Under the pieces are notes generated by a model. That model saw nothing but the letters and a program-made list of their open reading frames with translations. It ran no database searches and was not told where the DNA came from. From an uncultured archaeon (lineage in GTDB: Archaea; Asgardarchaeota; Thorarchaeia; Thorarchaeales; Thorarchaeaceae), in assembly GCA_964558645.1 (NCBI GenBank), contig CAZLEV010000018.1:1-57775 (forward strand): a DNA stretch of 57,775 nt. The letters run 5' to 3'. The translations under genes were made by a program, and so were the position numbers. Shown one piece after another: positions 36,170-46,477 of this stretch; within the stretch, counting starts at the first letter, position 1; every line of letters starts with the position of its first letter.

Positions 36170-37645
36170 GTGAGCGGCGATTTCCATTTCAAGGGTGCTT
36201 ACCCTGCACTGGTCACACCTTTTGATGAGGACGGCGTCAATGAAGAGCAGTATCGAGGTCTCATTGACTACGTCATAAGAGCCGGTGCAACAGGAATTGT
36301 CCCCTGCGGCACCACTGGGGAGTTCACCAGTATGCGCTTCGAGGAGAAGATGGAGGCCATCCGCATAGCATGTGATGCATCGAAGGGCCGTGTTCCTGTT
36401 TTGGCTGGAACAGGTGCAGCCTACACAAATGATGCCATCAAGCTCACTCGTCGTGCTGCAGAATTCGGTGCTGATGCAGCTCTGGTTGTGACCCCGTATT
36501 TTCTGAGACCTTCTAATCGTGAGATATACGAGCACTTTGAGAAGATTGCCAACAACAGTGACATTCCTCTGTTTCTGTACAATATTCCTCAAGTAACGGG
36601 GGTTCCCCTTCACTGGACCCTTGTCGACGGTCTTCGGGAAATCGATGGGGTAGTCGGGATGAAGGACTCGAGTGGAGATCTTGTTAATCTCACAACCATC
36701 CTCGTCAGAAGACCTGAGGATTTCCAGGTTGTTATTGGTCATGATGAGGTTGCTTTGCCTGCATTAGCTGCAGGATGTGATGGAGCAATCCTGGCGAGTG
36801 CTAACGTGTTCCCTGACAGATACATCAAGATGCAGGCTGCACTTGCGGAGGGCGACCTCAAAGGTGCTATGATTATCCAACGGAGCATACAGAAGACCGT
36901 GCGGGTGCTTGTGAACAGAGGTGGGGGTCTCGCAGTGAAAGCAGCTCTCAATATGATGGGCGTTCCTGTCGGCAAAGCTCGGCTTCCCCTTATGGAAGGC
37001 GACTCTCTCTCTTACGAGGACATAGATGAGCTTCGCACATGCCTTGAAGATATGCAGCTGATCGAGCGCGGACCGGTACGATTCGTCATGGGTGAGCGTA
37101 GTCTTGTTGCGGAGTCCTATCCAAAGGCGGTGGGCCTGGTGCCGGATGAGGTGTCTGATCTGACACTGCTCCATGGTGAGGCCTTGGCTGGCAGTGGTCT
37201 GGAGGTTGCTCATGTGGACTTGGTCATGGGAATGAAGAACGGACCTCTCGAAGTGGCAATTGACAACGCAGGAACTGTTGTGGAGGGTTTCCATCCATCG
37301 AATATAATCAAAGGTCTTGAACCCACAACCATATTCGCTCCGACAGTGACCATCACCAACGAGCGACATAGGAGTCTTGTCTATGAGAGCGCCCAGAGGG
37401 GTGTTGCTGATGCCGTCACAAGGACAATCACCGACTGTATCATTCCTGAAGAGCTAGTGCAGGATATTGCAATTGCTGTGAATGTCTTTGTCCATACAAA
37501 GGCCATCAATCCACGACGCGTACACATCAACAACTTCCGTGCAGTAAGGTTCGCATTGCGCAGAGCCATTGAGGGGAGGCAGAGTGTAGAGGAGATCGCT
37601 GCAAGGCGTGATTCGGCCCGCCATCCGTTTGCCTACAATCCCTAA
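36170..37645 (+). CDS. DapA/NAL-family class I aldolase fused to a Fae domain, copy 2
   Basis: PALVTPF, GTTGE, LYNIPQ, GMKDSS. C-terminal GEALAGSGLEVAHVDLVMG..GP, AQRGVADAV, VNVFVH, NFRA..A.RRA, HPF. GTG 36170 follows GGAGGTGA. Confidence 0.88.
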   Translation: MSGDFHFKGAYPALVTPFDEDGVNEEQYRGLIDYVIRAGATGIVPCGTTGEFTSMRFEEKMEAIRIACDASKGRVPVLAGTGAAYTNDAIKLTRRAAEFGADAALVVTPYFLRPSNREIYEHFEKIANNSDIPLFLYNIPQVTGVPLHWTLVDGLREIDGVVGMKDSSGDLVNLTTILVRRPEDFQVVIGHDEVALPALAAGCDGAILASANVFPDRYIKMQAALAEGDLKGAMIIQRSIQKTVRVLVNRGGGLAVKAALNMMGVPVGKARLPLMEGDSLSYEDIDELRTCLEDMQLIERGPVRFVMGERSLVAESYPKAVGLVPDEVSDLTLLHGEALAGSGLEVAHVDLVMGMKNGPLEVAIDNAGTVVEGFHPSNIIKGLEPTTIFAPTVTITNERHRSLVYESAQRGVADAVTRTITDCIIPEELVQDIAIAVNVFVHTKAINPRRVHINNFRAVRFALRRAIEGRQSVEEIAARRDSARHPFAYNP

Positions 37646-37755
37646 TCATCAAGAAAGATAGGTGCATTGGATGAACGGAAAGAGTCATTAGTTGCGTGCG
37701 CTGCTCCCCCGCAGGAAAGCACCTCGAACGTTAATATGACACTCTTAGACTGAAC

Positions 37756-37974
37756 ATGAGGCTTGACATGATGACAACTTCATACAGTGATTGGCTGAAG
37801 AGAATGCTGGATGAGATCATCTCCACTGGAGCCGATCGCTTCCTCGAGGAGGGCGAGGAGATGAAACTTGACCTTGGAAGTGAGACTGTGACTCTGTCGA
37901 AGAAGAGTGGTCACATATTGGTTCGTCCCGAGAGCGATGCTCTAGATGAGTTCGTCTACATTCCTCGAAGCTGA
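37756..37974 (+). CDS. Small hypothetical protein
   Basis: ATG ~25 nt after a TTAATAT box; protein-like composition. Confidence 0.6.
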   Translation: MRLDMMTTSYSDWLKRMLDEIISTGADRFLEEGEEMKLDLGSETVTLSKKSGHILVRPESDALDEFVYIPRS

Positions 37975-38124
37975 TTCTCCTTTGTGTCAACGGGATGGGT
38001 CGTGGCTTCAACTTATTCCAAGATTCCTGAGATCTTTTTCTTGGCTAATGCCTGCTTGGTTGCCTTCAGTTCTTACAGAACCCATCTGTTTCGCTCAAAG
38101 AAATTATAAGCATTTAATCCAATA

Positions 38125-38412
38125 GTGATACGATGGCTAATGTTTGAAATCATCGCGTTTGTGGTAGTGTTTGTTACCTTGCTCCTCCTAGCCGGGAAAT
38201 GCTATGGGTCTGCACCCCCTGCTGGCCGAGTGAAGACGACTAGGCCGGATCCTAAGACCGTTGACGGTTTCGGCGGAGCAAGAGGGTATGACTACTCGTA
38301 TTCCGGGCAGTCGGGTCGGGGATACGGCAAACCTTTCCCGGTTGGTCTTCGGACTGAGCGGGAGAAGACCGAAACCCACAAGGCCTCTAAGGGCAAGGAC
38401 TCCAGACGCTGA
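38125..38412 (+). CDS. Small single-pass membrane protein, paralog A
   Basis: N-terminal TM, then VKTTRPDPK.VD.FGG.R..D.SY...GY.KP.PV.LR.EREKTET, shared with 38719-38964. Confidence 0.75.
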   Translation: MIRWLMFEIIAFVVVFVTLLLLAGKCYGSAPPAGRVKTTRPDPKTVDGFGGARGYDYSYSGQSGRGYGKPFPVGLRTEREKTETHKASKGKDSRR

Positions 38413-38718
38413 CCTCAATTCGTCACTGTGAGTCTACGAACACATCTGGAGAGAGGATTGCAGATGAGATGGCTTCTCATCCATAGGTCTGCGCTTTCTT
38501 CGCACTGTGACCAGCTGATCCTGATATCCTAATGCGCCCCAAGAGTGACTATTTGGACGAGTTCGTCTGCGTCCCGAAAGGATGAGTGTCAAGCGGTTCA
38601 CAAACAGATAGTAGTGTGGTCAGGTTTCTGTGGTTGATTCCTGCAACATCATCTTCTGGTCAGTGGCTTATCTCTGTGCCAAGAGGACTAAACCAAAAGA
38701 AACGTATGCTATTCACGA

Positions 38719-38964
38719 ATGCTGATGCTAGAGATCATTGGATTTGGGATTCTCTTTGTCATACTTCTGTTTCTAGCTGCACGATGCTGCGGCCGCTCGC
38801 TTGGCTCGGCCGGAGTGAAGATTACTAGGCCCGATCCCAAAAGAGTGGATAGATTCGGTGGGACACGAGCTCACGATTTCTCTTATGTTGGAGCCAATCC
38901 CGATGGATACCCCAAGCCACTCCCTGTTAACCTTCGGAGGGAACGCGAAAAGACAGAGACTTAA
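38719..38964 (+). CDS. Small single-pass membrane protein, paralog B
   Basis: Same motif string as 38125-38412. Confidence 0.75.
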   Translation: MLMLEIIGFGILFVILLFLAARCCGRSLGSAGVKITRPDPKRVDRFGGTRAHDFSYVGANPDGYPKPLPVNLRREREKTET

Positions 38965-39395
38965 AGCACCTCCAAACTGGAGAAAAAAGACTCCCAGTGA
39001 GGAGTACGATCCAACGAATTAGCCAACCATCATGATTGGTATAAGGGCATGTGCTTACAAGCCCGTAGCTGAGCGCTCCCTTCCCACAAGACGTACAAAC
39101 AGATGAATTCAGACTGCCCTCGAGTACTGAATTGGCAGTACCCCCTCCCGTGTTCATGTCCGTTTGTTAAGTTGCTGCTTACGCCATTGTCCGCAATTCA
39201 GACATGAATCTCGTCGAACCCCTCCTTCTTTGCAAGCAGGCCGAATACGGCTTTTAGAAGGCTTCTAGCTGCCATCTGTGGCACCCACTTCTGTTGATGT
39301 ATTATATATACCATGTTGGCAGTAGTATTCTCTGTGTAGCATTCCTCAATCTGAATGTTACCAATGCATCCGTCGAAAGAAGAAGGCTCTACAAA

Positions 39396-39578
39396 ATGGC
39401 TGAGATCCACACACTGCACCTCCGTGAGATACCCTCTCGCACACTCAGAAAGAAGGTCCGCGTCTTTCTTCATGGGGGAGATGTTAGTGTGGAGGTAGAG
39501 TCCGGAAGCAGATACGAAGTAGAGCTAGAATCGTCAACCAAAATCGTTCTGCGACCCATGGACGCTTGCGCGCTCTGA
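39396..39578 (+). CDS. Small hypothetical protein (beta-rich)
   Basis: 3' part of track ORF 39294-39578, starting at ATG 39396 after GAAGG. Confidence 0.35.
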   Translation: MAEIHTLHLREIPSRTLRKKVRVFLHGGDVSVEVESGSRYEVELESSTKIVLRPMDACAL

Positions 39579-39784
39579 ATTCTAGGGGCGAAGGGGATAG
39601 AGCGCACATTCGGACTCTGCCTGACTGCCTGTGTGGTTGTCTCAGCCTTACCTTTTGTTTTTACTTCTCCTGAGAAGGGAAAAATCGGTCTCAGCTTGCT
39701 CTTGGATCTTCATCGCAGTTATGCTCCGCCAGGGGTAATGACATCACGGGCCGACGAGATAGGAAACAACACTCTTACTAAAAA

Positions 39785-40072
39785 GTGCTTGGCTATGATG
39801 GCAGCCATGCGGCAATATGCTTCCTTATGAACGTGCATAACCATTTCCTTTTAGACGAAATCAAGTCACGCTCGGGGGATGAACCTGACGAGCTTGAACA
39901 AGACTTCATGTTCGCCCTCGCCCTTCTAGGGATGAGCTTCTTGGTCAAGCATGAGAGGATAAGCATTGACCTCGCCCATTTTGGAGACGAGGAGGGAGAT
40001 ATCTTGGATTTCATCCCGCATCTAACCAGAACAGTGGCCCCGGTCATTATCCCGCTAGTTCGAGACCTGTAG
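39785..40072 (+). CDS. Hypothetical protein or gene fragment
   Basis: Protein-like composition; start unclear. Confidence 0.35.
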   Translation: MLGYDGSHAAICFLMNVHNHFLLDEIKSRSGDEPDELEQDFMFALALLGMSFLVKHERISIDLAHFGDEEGDILDFIPHLTRTVAPVIIPLVRDL

Positions 40073-40302
40073 CCTGCTGCACACTCTCGCCTATGAAGAC
40101 ACAGAGGAATAATTGCTAAGATCGGGAATCCTCTTGCCTGATATGATACTCTCTATGAGTGAGGGATATTCCGGGACAGCATCGCCTGCGACTCAGAAGA
40201 CAAGGGTTATGGAGTCTTCTCTGGACAAGTTTGATATGTCTGAGAGGCTACTGCAAAGGTGAATCAAGTATGAACGGCTAAAGATGTTTCTGTTCAGATT
40301 CT

Positions 40303-40494
40303 TTAATGCTTTCTGATTAGTTTCTCGTAATCATCGGAAGAGAAGAATACGCCCATCATGGTCACATGATCCTCCCACGGAATAGGCGGACCATAGTAGA
40401 GGGGGTCGCCAGTGAGAATAGAGAGAAGCCTTTTCTCTTGACGGCTAGGATACTGATCTACATAGTTCCAAAACTCGTCTTCTGAAAGAAACAA
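40303..40494 (-). CDS. Small hypothetical protein or fragment
   Basis: ORF track entry with plausible composition. Confidence 0.35.
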   Translation of the reverse strand: MFLSEDEFWNYVDQYPSRQEKRLLSILTGDPLYYGPPIPWEDHVTMMGVFFSSDDYEKLIRKH

Positions 40495-40680
40495 TGTGTC
40501 ACTGAGAAGGTCAAGGACGTTTCAATGCTACACAAGATTAGATGAAATGACGGTTGCCTTCCCCCGGAGTGCCTTCTTTCCAACACTTTCATGGAATATA
40601 GTCTTCTGTTTCACAGTCGGATGGCAAGAAATGCTACGTAGTCAGGAATACCATTGACCAAGTTCAATCTTCAGGCTTCC

Positions 40681-40890
40681 CTATCTACTAAGGCCTGCTT
40701 CTCTGAGTCTTCTCTGAAGTTCCTCCTTGAAGAGCCTCTTTGCCTCTGCTCTATCTCTGACTTCTACTTGATAGGCTTCCATGCCTTTGATGACTTGTTT
40801 CAGTTTTTTCAAATCCTCCCTGTGTGATTCAAATCGTATCGTTACGTCTATCTTTTGGTCCATTGGAATTTCACCACAAATAACTGGCAT
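40681..40890 (-). CDS. Small charged hypothetical protein
   Basis: Helical, charged ORF. Confidence 0.5.
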   Translation of the reverse strand: MPVICGEIPMDQKIDVTIRFESHREDLKKLKQVIKGMEAYQVEVRDRAEAKRLFKEELQRRLREAGLSR

Positions 40891-41137
40891 CTAAGAGTCA
40901 TAAGAACTCCGCTCGTTACAACCGAGTCTGCGCCATAAGTAGTAAGTATCAAAGGCGCTTCAGTTTGGTTTCTTTGATATACTCCTGTTTTTCTTGGTCT
41001 GTAAGTTGCCCATAATCCTCCTTCTCTGGGTCATAGATCGTAGTGATTCCCGAATTAAAGTCTGAATCTGCCACCGCTACGAGATTCAAATCGTTCGTAT
41101 GTCGTATCCTTCTGGTTTGGTCACTTCTGGAATCTCC

Positions 41138-42143
41138 GGCTCTGTGTGAAAAGTCGAGGAGAGTAATACAAGGATATGTGATCAGACCGGCTGGTTCGCA
41201 TGATTCAATTCTTACTCTTCATCGTATGACACAGCTAGGTCTCGTCATCCTCAGTTCTTGCTTCATGAGCTTATGAAGAGTAGTACTATGGTTCCCGCCC
41301 GCTTCCATACCCTCGGGAAACCTCCGGACGTGACCCTCCCTGCTCTCTTTGTCCTTCTGGGCCTCAAGTTCGATGCTGGCCTCATCCACACGAGCTTCGC
41401 GGCCCAGCTCTCCTCAAACCCTCAGCTCCTTGAACTTCTCGGTCTTGAGAGGGCGCCAAGTTATTCCTTCCTCCAACAGGCACTCAGGCGCCTTGACACC
41501 CAGCCCCTTCACAGGATGTATCAGCTGCTCACTCGGAGGAAACCTCCTTCCAGCCACCTGACTGTGGACGCCACCGGGTTCTCTCACACCACTGCGTGCG
41601 AGTGACTGCCCGTGCGCTTCAGAAAGACGCGGGGACGGCATTTCACGGCACTCCACATAGTTGTGGACACCGACTCCCTCATGACCATTGCTGTCCGGGT
41701 GCGACCTCGGCCCGGTGGTGATACAAGAGACCTAGCAGCCCTGATGGGACGAGTCGATGCATCACAGCTTGAGGCCGTCTATGGTGACAAGGCGTACATC
41801 ACATCTCCCGGGAGAATGTCCAGTGCATAACTGACCGTGGGGCCTATCCCGCGATAGAGCCCGAGAAGAAACTGCCAGCACAGTCCCGGGCATACCGTGG
41901 TTACAGGGAGCCGATTCTAGAGTACAGCCGAGATCCTGTGGAGTGGAAACGGTTCCGCGAGTATGGACAGAGGAGTCTTGTGGAGACCGTGTTCAGCATG
42001 ATGAAGGTGAGATTCACCGGAGGTCTGAGGTCGAGGGGGGTTCAAGGAGCAGAGAAGAGAGCTGCTGATTAAGGCGGTGCTTCACAACCATGGATATCCA
42101 AACTTCTTAGAGTGTGGCGGGAGGTGCCTTTTCACACAGAAGC
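41138..42143 (+). mobile_element. IS5-family insertion sequence (~1.0 kb), inactivated
   Basis: Left end GGC-TCTGTGTGAAAAG (41138-41153) and right end CTTTTCACACAGA-AGC (42128-42143) share a perfect 13-bp inverted core. Flanking 3-bp direct repeat TCC at 41135-41137 and 42144-42146. Confidence 0.85.
41258..42120 (+). pseudogene. IS5-family DDE transposase pseudogene
   Basis: Fragments PSYSFL, TVDATGFS, LHIVVDTD, YGDKAY and YGQRSLVETVFSMMK, separated by an in-frame TGA (41603-41605) and frameshifts. Confidence 0.85.
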
Positions 42144-42204
42144 TCCATGAAGCAGATGGACAAATTGATTAGAACTCAAGCTAGTATCTACTTGGAGAAA
42201 CCGC

Positions 42205-42837
42205 ATGATACAGCTTGATATGATTGTCGATCTGCTGAGGGAGGATTATTCTATCTTCCACAATGAGTACGATTTTGGTCGAGCCCTGATTCAGGTTTTG
42301 TTTAATACCTATCCGGACTGCCGAATCTACTCAGAGTGTACACCACAGCCACATGATAGAGAAGAGAGGTTGGATATATGTATTATATTGGATGAAATGG
42401 AACACCTAATTGAACTGAAGTACAAAACTAACCGATTTGATGTGCAAATTGAGGGAACAGATTATTCTTTGGGGAAGAATCCGGTTGATCTTGCTTGTTA
42501 TGATTATCTCAGAGATATAGAACGATTGGAAAGAGTTGTTAGTAGAAGAGAGAAATCTCTGGGATCTTCAATGCTCCTCTCGAACAAGAGTCTGTTGTGG
42601 AGAGGTCCCCCTAGGACGGGAGCCCAGTACTATCCTTTTCGCTTAGAAGAAGGTAGAAAGATCCAAGGCGAGCTAGATTGGACAGGCAACAGAGAAAGGA
42701 AGGGAAGAAGCCGACAGAATCCCATTGCCATTAGGAATAGCTATGAGCTTCACTGGGCGGATTATTCTGATTTATCCGAGAAAGGAATGCCAGCCAAGAA
42801 TGGTGTTTTTCGTTATCTATTGGTCCACGTGACATAA
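42205..42837 (+). CDS. PD-(D/E)XK-family nuclease
   Basis: FHNEYDF, RLDICI, LIELKYKT, YDYLRDIERLE. Sequence is visibly more AT-rich than the core region. Confidence 0.75.
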   Translation: MIQLDMIVDLLREDYSIFHNEYDFGRALIQVLFNTYPDCRIYSECTPQPHDREERLDICIILDEMEHLIELKYKTNRFDVQIEGTDYSLGKNPVDLACYDYLRDIERLERVVSRREKSLGSSMLLSNKSLLWRGPPRTGAQYYPFRLEEGRKIQGELDWTGNRERKGRSRQNPIAIRNSYELHWADYSDLSEKGMPAKNGVFRYLLVHVT

Positions 42838-43796
42838 TGAGTACGCCATCTTTGGCTTCTGTTGCATGGTGATTCATGCAATATCAGGTAAGTGCCAACC
42901 ATCGCATCCTTAACGGGATAGATCCATTGCACAAGCGCTATCTAAGAGGTGCTCTTGTTTAGGATGCTCCTTGAGTATTTGTTCTGAGGTGTTATAAGAC
43001 GATTCTGAAGTCAAAGCTACTCCCGGCCTTCACTCTCCTCTCAGCACTAAGGGGTATTCCATCTTGAAGGTATTTTGGGTCCCTACCTGACTCTCTCATT
43101 GAAGAAGATATTCATCTCGCAAGAGAAGAGGAGTCGGAGGTGACTAGAGATCGAGCAAAGCTAGATGAAGTGGAAAGGATACAAAGACCATGTAATTTCA
43201 AGGGGCAGAAATCTGAAGAGGAACAAAATATCCATACAGCATTAACCCAGTCTATCACTTTGCCTGTCTTCTGCCTTACCGCCCAGCTTGCTCTCTGTTC
43301 GGTTTTCATCTCCCTGAGCTCAGATGCGAGATTGCTAATGAGAAGAAAGAAGCGAAACCCTCAATGCAAACAACTGCAGCGCTACATGTATTGAGAGATG
43401 ATTGAGAAATGGGTTTGTTGATTGCCAAATACCATTTTACTGAGTCGAGTTTCTGAAAGACGGGATTTGGAAGAAAGGAACAGTTCTTCTTACGAAGAAA
43501 GTTATTAATCAAAACTCTACTTGAGGGGCGTGTGGCGATATGCTCCAAGAGAATCTATCATGCCATTTGAAGAACAATTCAGTTTCTCTTGACAACACTG
43601 ATAACGTTCTCCCAAATCACTTCGAGGAGGGTCTTCTAAGTAGCAAAGACGTGATTGTTCTTGAGAAACGTTTTCATCAAAGAGATTGGAATGCGGCTCT
43701 TGCTGCAATCAGAGAAGTAGGGAATCAGAGACCGGATGGGTTATCAAGTAACCAGCAGATTTGACATATTTGGACTAGCTCAATAGGATTGGATTC

Positions 43797-44456
43797 TTAT
43801 TTGAGAGTCTTTTGGATTCTATCTGACCAAAGCATTACCCATTCAGTATCGAAATCTTTCCCCTCTTCTTCAGGCTTGAGTTCATCCCAATTCAACTCTT
43901 CTGCCACAACTCTGATATTTTCCTTTGTTGAACTCATCCCACTCTGACGCATAGTCCTCGCCACCTTATTGACCACATAATCAGATAGCTTTACCATCTT
44001 CTCTCTGTAGAGTTTATCGCGTTCCTCTTCAGTTTCAACTGCATCACTTCCGACCAGCTCTCCATGATATTCCGTAAGCCAATCAATCGTGGCCCAATCT
44101 TTGCTGTAAGACTTCTTCCCCTTCTGCTTCCAGTAGTAATAGTACCCCCGAACCCAAGAAACACTGTCATGCTCAAGAGACAATGAAAAACATCGGTCGT
44201 CAGCATACGCTTCTGTTCTTATGTGGAAGTCCCATGAGTCATCTTCGACAAAGTCGATTGTGTTATGGCTCATGGATTCAGCTCGGTCCAGGAGAGAGGA
44301 TTTGAATTGCTCTGAAAACGCTCCTTCGACCTTGATTCTGACTTCCGTTCCTACTGGCAAGCCTTCCTTCTCTCTTCTCTTATACTCATCATAATCCCTG
44401 ATGAATTCTTCAATTCGCTCAAAATCCATAGCTAAGAGACCTGAATCAGAGAACAT
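43797..44456 (-). CDS. Hypothetical protein
   Basis: 219-aa ORF with no recognised motif. Confidence 0.65.
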   Translation of the reverse strand: MFSDSGLLAMDFERIEEFIRDYDEYKRREKEGLPVGTEVRIKVEGAFSEQFKSSLLDRAESMSHNTIDFVEDDSWDFHIRTEAYADDRCFSLSLEHDSVSWVRGYYYYWKQKGKKSYSKDWATIDWLTEYHGELVGSDAVETEEERDKLYREKMVKLSDYVVNKVARTMRQSGMSSTKENIRVVAEELNWDELKPEEEGKDFDTEWVMLWSDRIQKTLK

Positions 44457-44842
44457 ATCCTTTCATTACCCAATCCAACTTGAATCTTGAGTATCTCTTA
44501 AGATTTATGCTCATTCTACCTACACTGCACACTGAATTGGCCAAGCCATCTTCGGAGATGAGGATGAACTGGAAACAGACGGAGAGGTCTGTGTGATGGA
44601 GCGCACTTCGCGGAGCCGCCTGCGCAGGTTCTCTACCGGCGGGCTGACCTTTCAGCAGCAACATGTGTGAGTAGCAACTCACAAGAGAACATGAAGGACT
44701 CGTAGATACTCCACGTCTATGTACTGGGATACCGAGGATAGCCTTTCTCCTCATAGTCACAAGAACATCTTGACTTCATCGAACACGAGAGCAATGCTTA
44801 TTCCTAGTCGCAGTAAAGGGGTATCGATGGAGCGTACCTAAC

Positions 44843-46477
44843 ATGTCTCTGCTAGTAAATAGGGCTGAGGAGAACGACTGGTATCTTTATCTCGCTCTCC
44901 CCGCATCAACGCTACCCTTCGTGACTGCCGTATCTCAGACTGTATTGGGGGTCGAGGCGGCGGGTTCTCTGGGGCTAGTCATTGTTTCCATCTTCTCCTT
45001 TCTTCTTTACGCCTACGGCCCTGAGCTCAACTACATCTACAGAGAGCTAAGCGAGTCGCTGATGGATATCAACCTAGCAAATCTCAAAAAACGCATACTT
45101 GAAACTGCGCTTCTGACAGGCAATTGGGCTAATGAACTGAAGGGCCCCGGCGCACTCAAGAACGCCAAAGGGACCTCCCCTTATGCTACAGACATGTTGG
45201 AAGACTACCTACCGTCGCTTCTGAAGAGCGTTGCGATGAAGAAGAGGCTTTGGAGAGTCCGGATCTTCATCTATCTCATGCCCTCACTCATCTTTCTCTT
45301 CTTGGGGGCCGTCGCAATCCTATATCCCCACTTTCTCCGTGTTGTGAGTTTGATGCCCTTTGTCCCTATCCGTATTCCACTGATTATCATCAGTGCCGTA
45401 CTGGGCGGGATTCTTTTACTCTACTTCTCATGGAGAGTGTATGCGAATGAACTTGGCGAGGTGGAGAAAGACTTACCTCAACTCCTAGACGCGATGTACG
45501 TACTGGATAGAGTTGTTGTTGCGGATACGTCTCAACATCATGAAGAGATTGAGAGCGTCTATAATGCGATGAAAGGGCATCTCGAATCAACACGTGAACT
45601 CATCTTGCAGAAGGACTGGGAACTCTTCGCAAAACGATGGGTGAATCTTACAGCTGGAGTAAAATATGGGCTTAGGAGTGAACAAGAAGGCATTCTCGAG
45701 AAGTTTCAGAAGGCTTGGGGAGGTCGTATCTGGGAGAAAGAGGACATGAGTCTTGAGTACCGACCGGATTGGCTCTTCCACCTCTTGTATCACCTCCGCA
45801 ATCTTTTCGACCCCGACGTAAAGGAAGTTCTCGAGAATATCAGGAGTGAGATGTCAGGGAACTTCAGCTCCTTTACGCGTCTGAAGCTCCTCCTGGACTT
45901 GTTCCCAGACAATCTGTTCATCGAGGTTCCGTCAAAAAGAGGAATGAAGACGATAGAGGTCTCCCGCGTAGGCATACTCAAGGGTGTGCTGGATTATGCA
46001 ATCAAGCCAGATCCGAATGATGACTTCGCAAATACTCTTTCAATGTTGTTTTCATTCCTGGGGGGTAATTGGCCGGAGCACTGGGGGGTAGATGACGCAC
46101 CCGAGGAAACATCCTCCCTCCTTATCTATCGTTTCCTGTCACAGGCAGAGCATGATGCAAGAACACATTCCAGTCTCTGGAAGAAACCTGGGGGAACGGG
46201 CAAGGTACTGAAGCGTGCTCATGCACTTCTTATGTCGCTGCCTAGTGCAATAGACCGTCTGCCGGTCTTCTTATCACTCGCGCGGGTTGCCTCCAACAAG
46301 AAGGAGATGGCCGAATTTTTGGACGATTTGCCCGTTACTGACAAGGAATTGACGGATTCTCGACTTGCAGAAGCACTCCAAAACCTTCCGGAAAAGCCCA
46401 CCCCAGGTATGGAACAACATGCAACAGAAAGCCTGCGGAGCATCTATACCAAAAGGGGTCTGAATCCTCCAGTCTAG
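44843..46477 (+). CDS. Membrane protein (about 4 N-terminal TM plus helical C-terminal domain), paralog of 49421-50830
   Basis: Hydrophobic segments and the shared blocks WRVR, LLDAMYVLD, KDWELFAKRW. Confidence 0.75.
   Translation: MSLLVNRAEENDWYLYLALPASTLPFVTAVSQTVLGVEAAGSLGLVIVSIFSFLLYAYGPELNYIYRELSESLMDINLANLKKRILETALLTGNWANELKGPGALKNAKGTSPYATDMLEDYLPSLLKSVAMKKRLWRVRIFIYLMPSLIFLFLGAVAILYPHFLRVVSLMPFVPIRIPLIIISAVLGGILLLYFSWRVYANELGEVEKDLPQLLDAMYVLDRVVVADTSQHHEEIESVYNAMKGHLESTRELILQKDWELFAKRWVNLTAGVKYGLRSEQEGILEKFQKAWGGRIWEKEDMSLEYRPDWLFHLLYHLRNLFDPDVKEVLENIRSEMSGNFSSFTRLKLLLDLFPDNLFIEVPSKRGMKTIEVSRVGILKGVLDYAIKPDPNDDFANTLSMLFSFLGGNWPEHWGVDDAPEETSSLLIYRFLSQAEHDARTHSSLWKKPGGTGKVLKRAHALLMSLPSAIDRLPVFLSLARVASNKKEMAEFLDDLPVTDKELTDSRLAEALQNLPEKPTPGMEQHATESLRSIYTKRGLNPPV

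Noticed and set aside
35981-37369. Long antisense ORFs (e.g. 35981-36742, 36764-37369; likewise 11788-12477, 31094-31735, 14285-14806)
   Set aside because: They are shadows of well-supported genes on the opposite strand and carry no motifs.
34764-37645. Calling the two genes dapA (lysine biosynthesis DHDPS)
   Set aside because: Both lack the DHDPS Arg (YNIPQ[C/V]T), carry Fae fusions and have no dapB/asd/lysC neighbours.
41603-41605. Recoded TGA in the transposase
   Set aside because: It lies where a Trp (TGG) is plausible and the gene also has frameshifts, so ordinary decay explains it.
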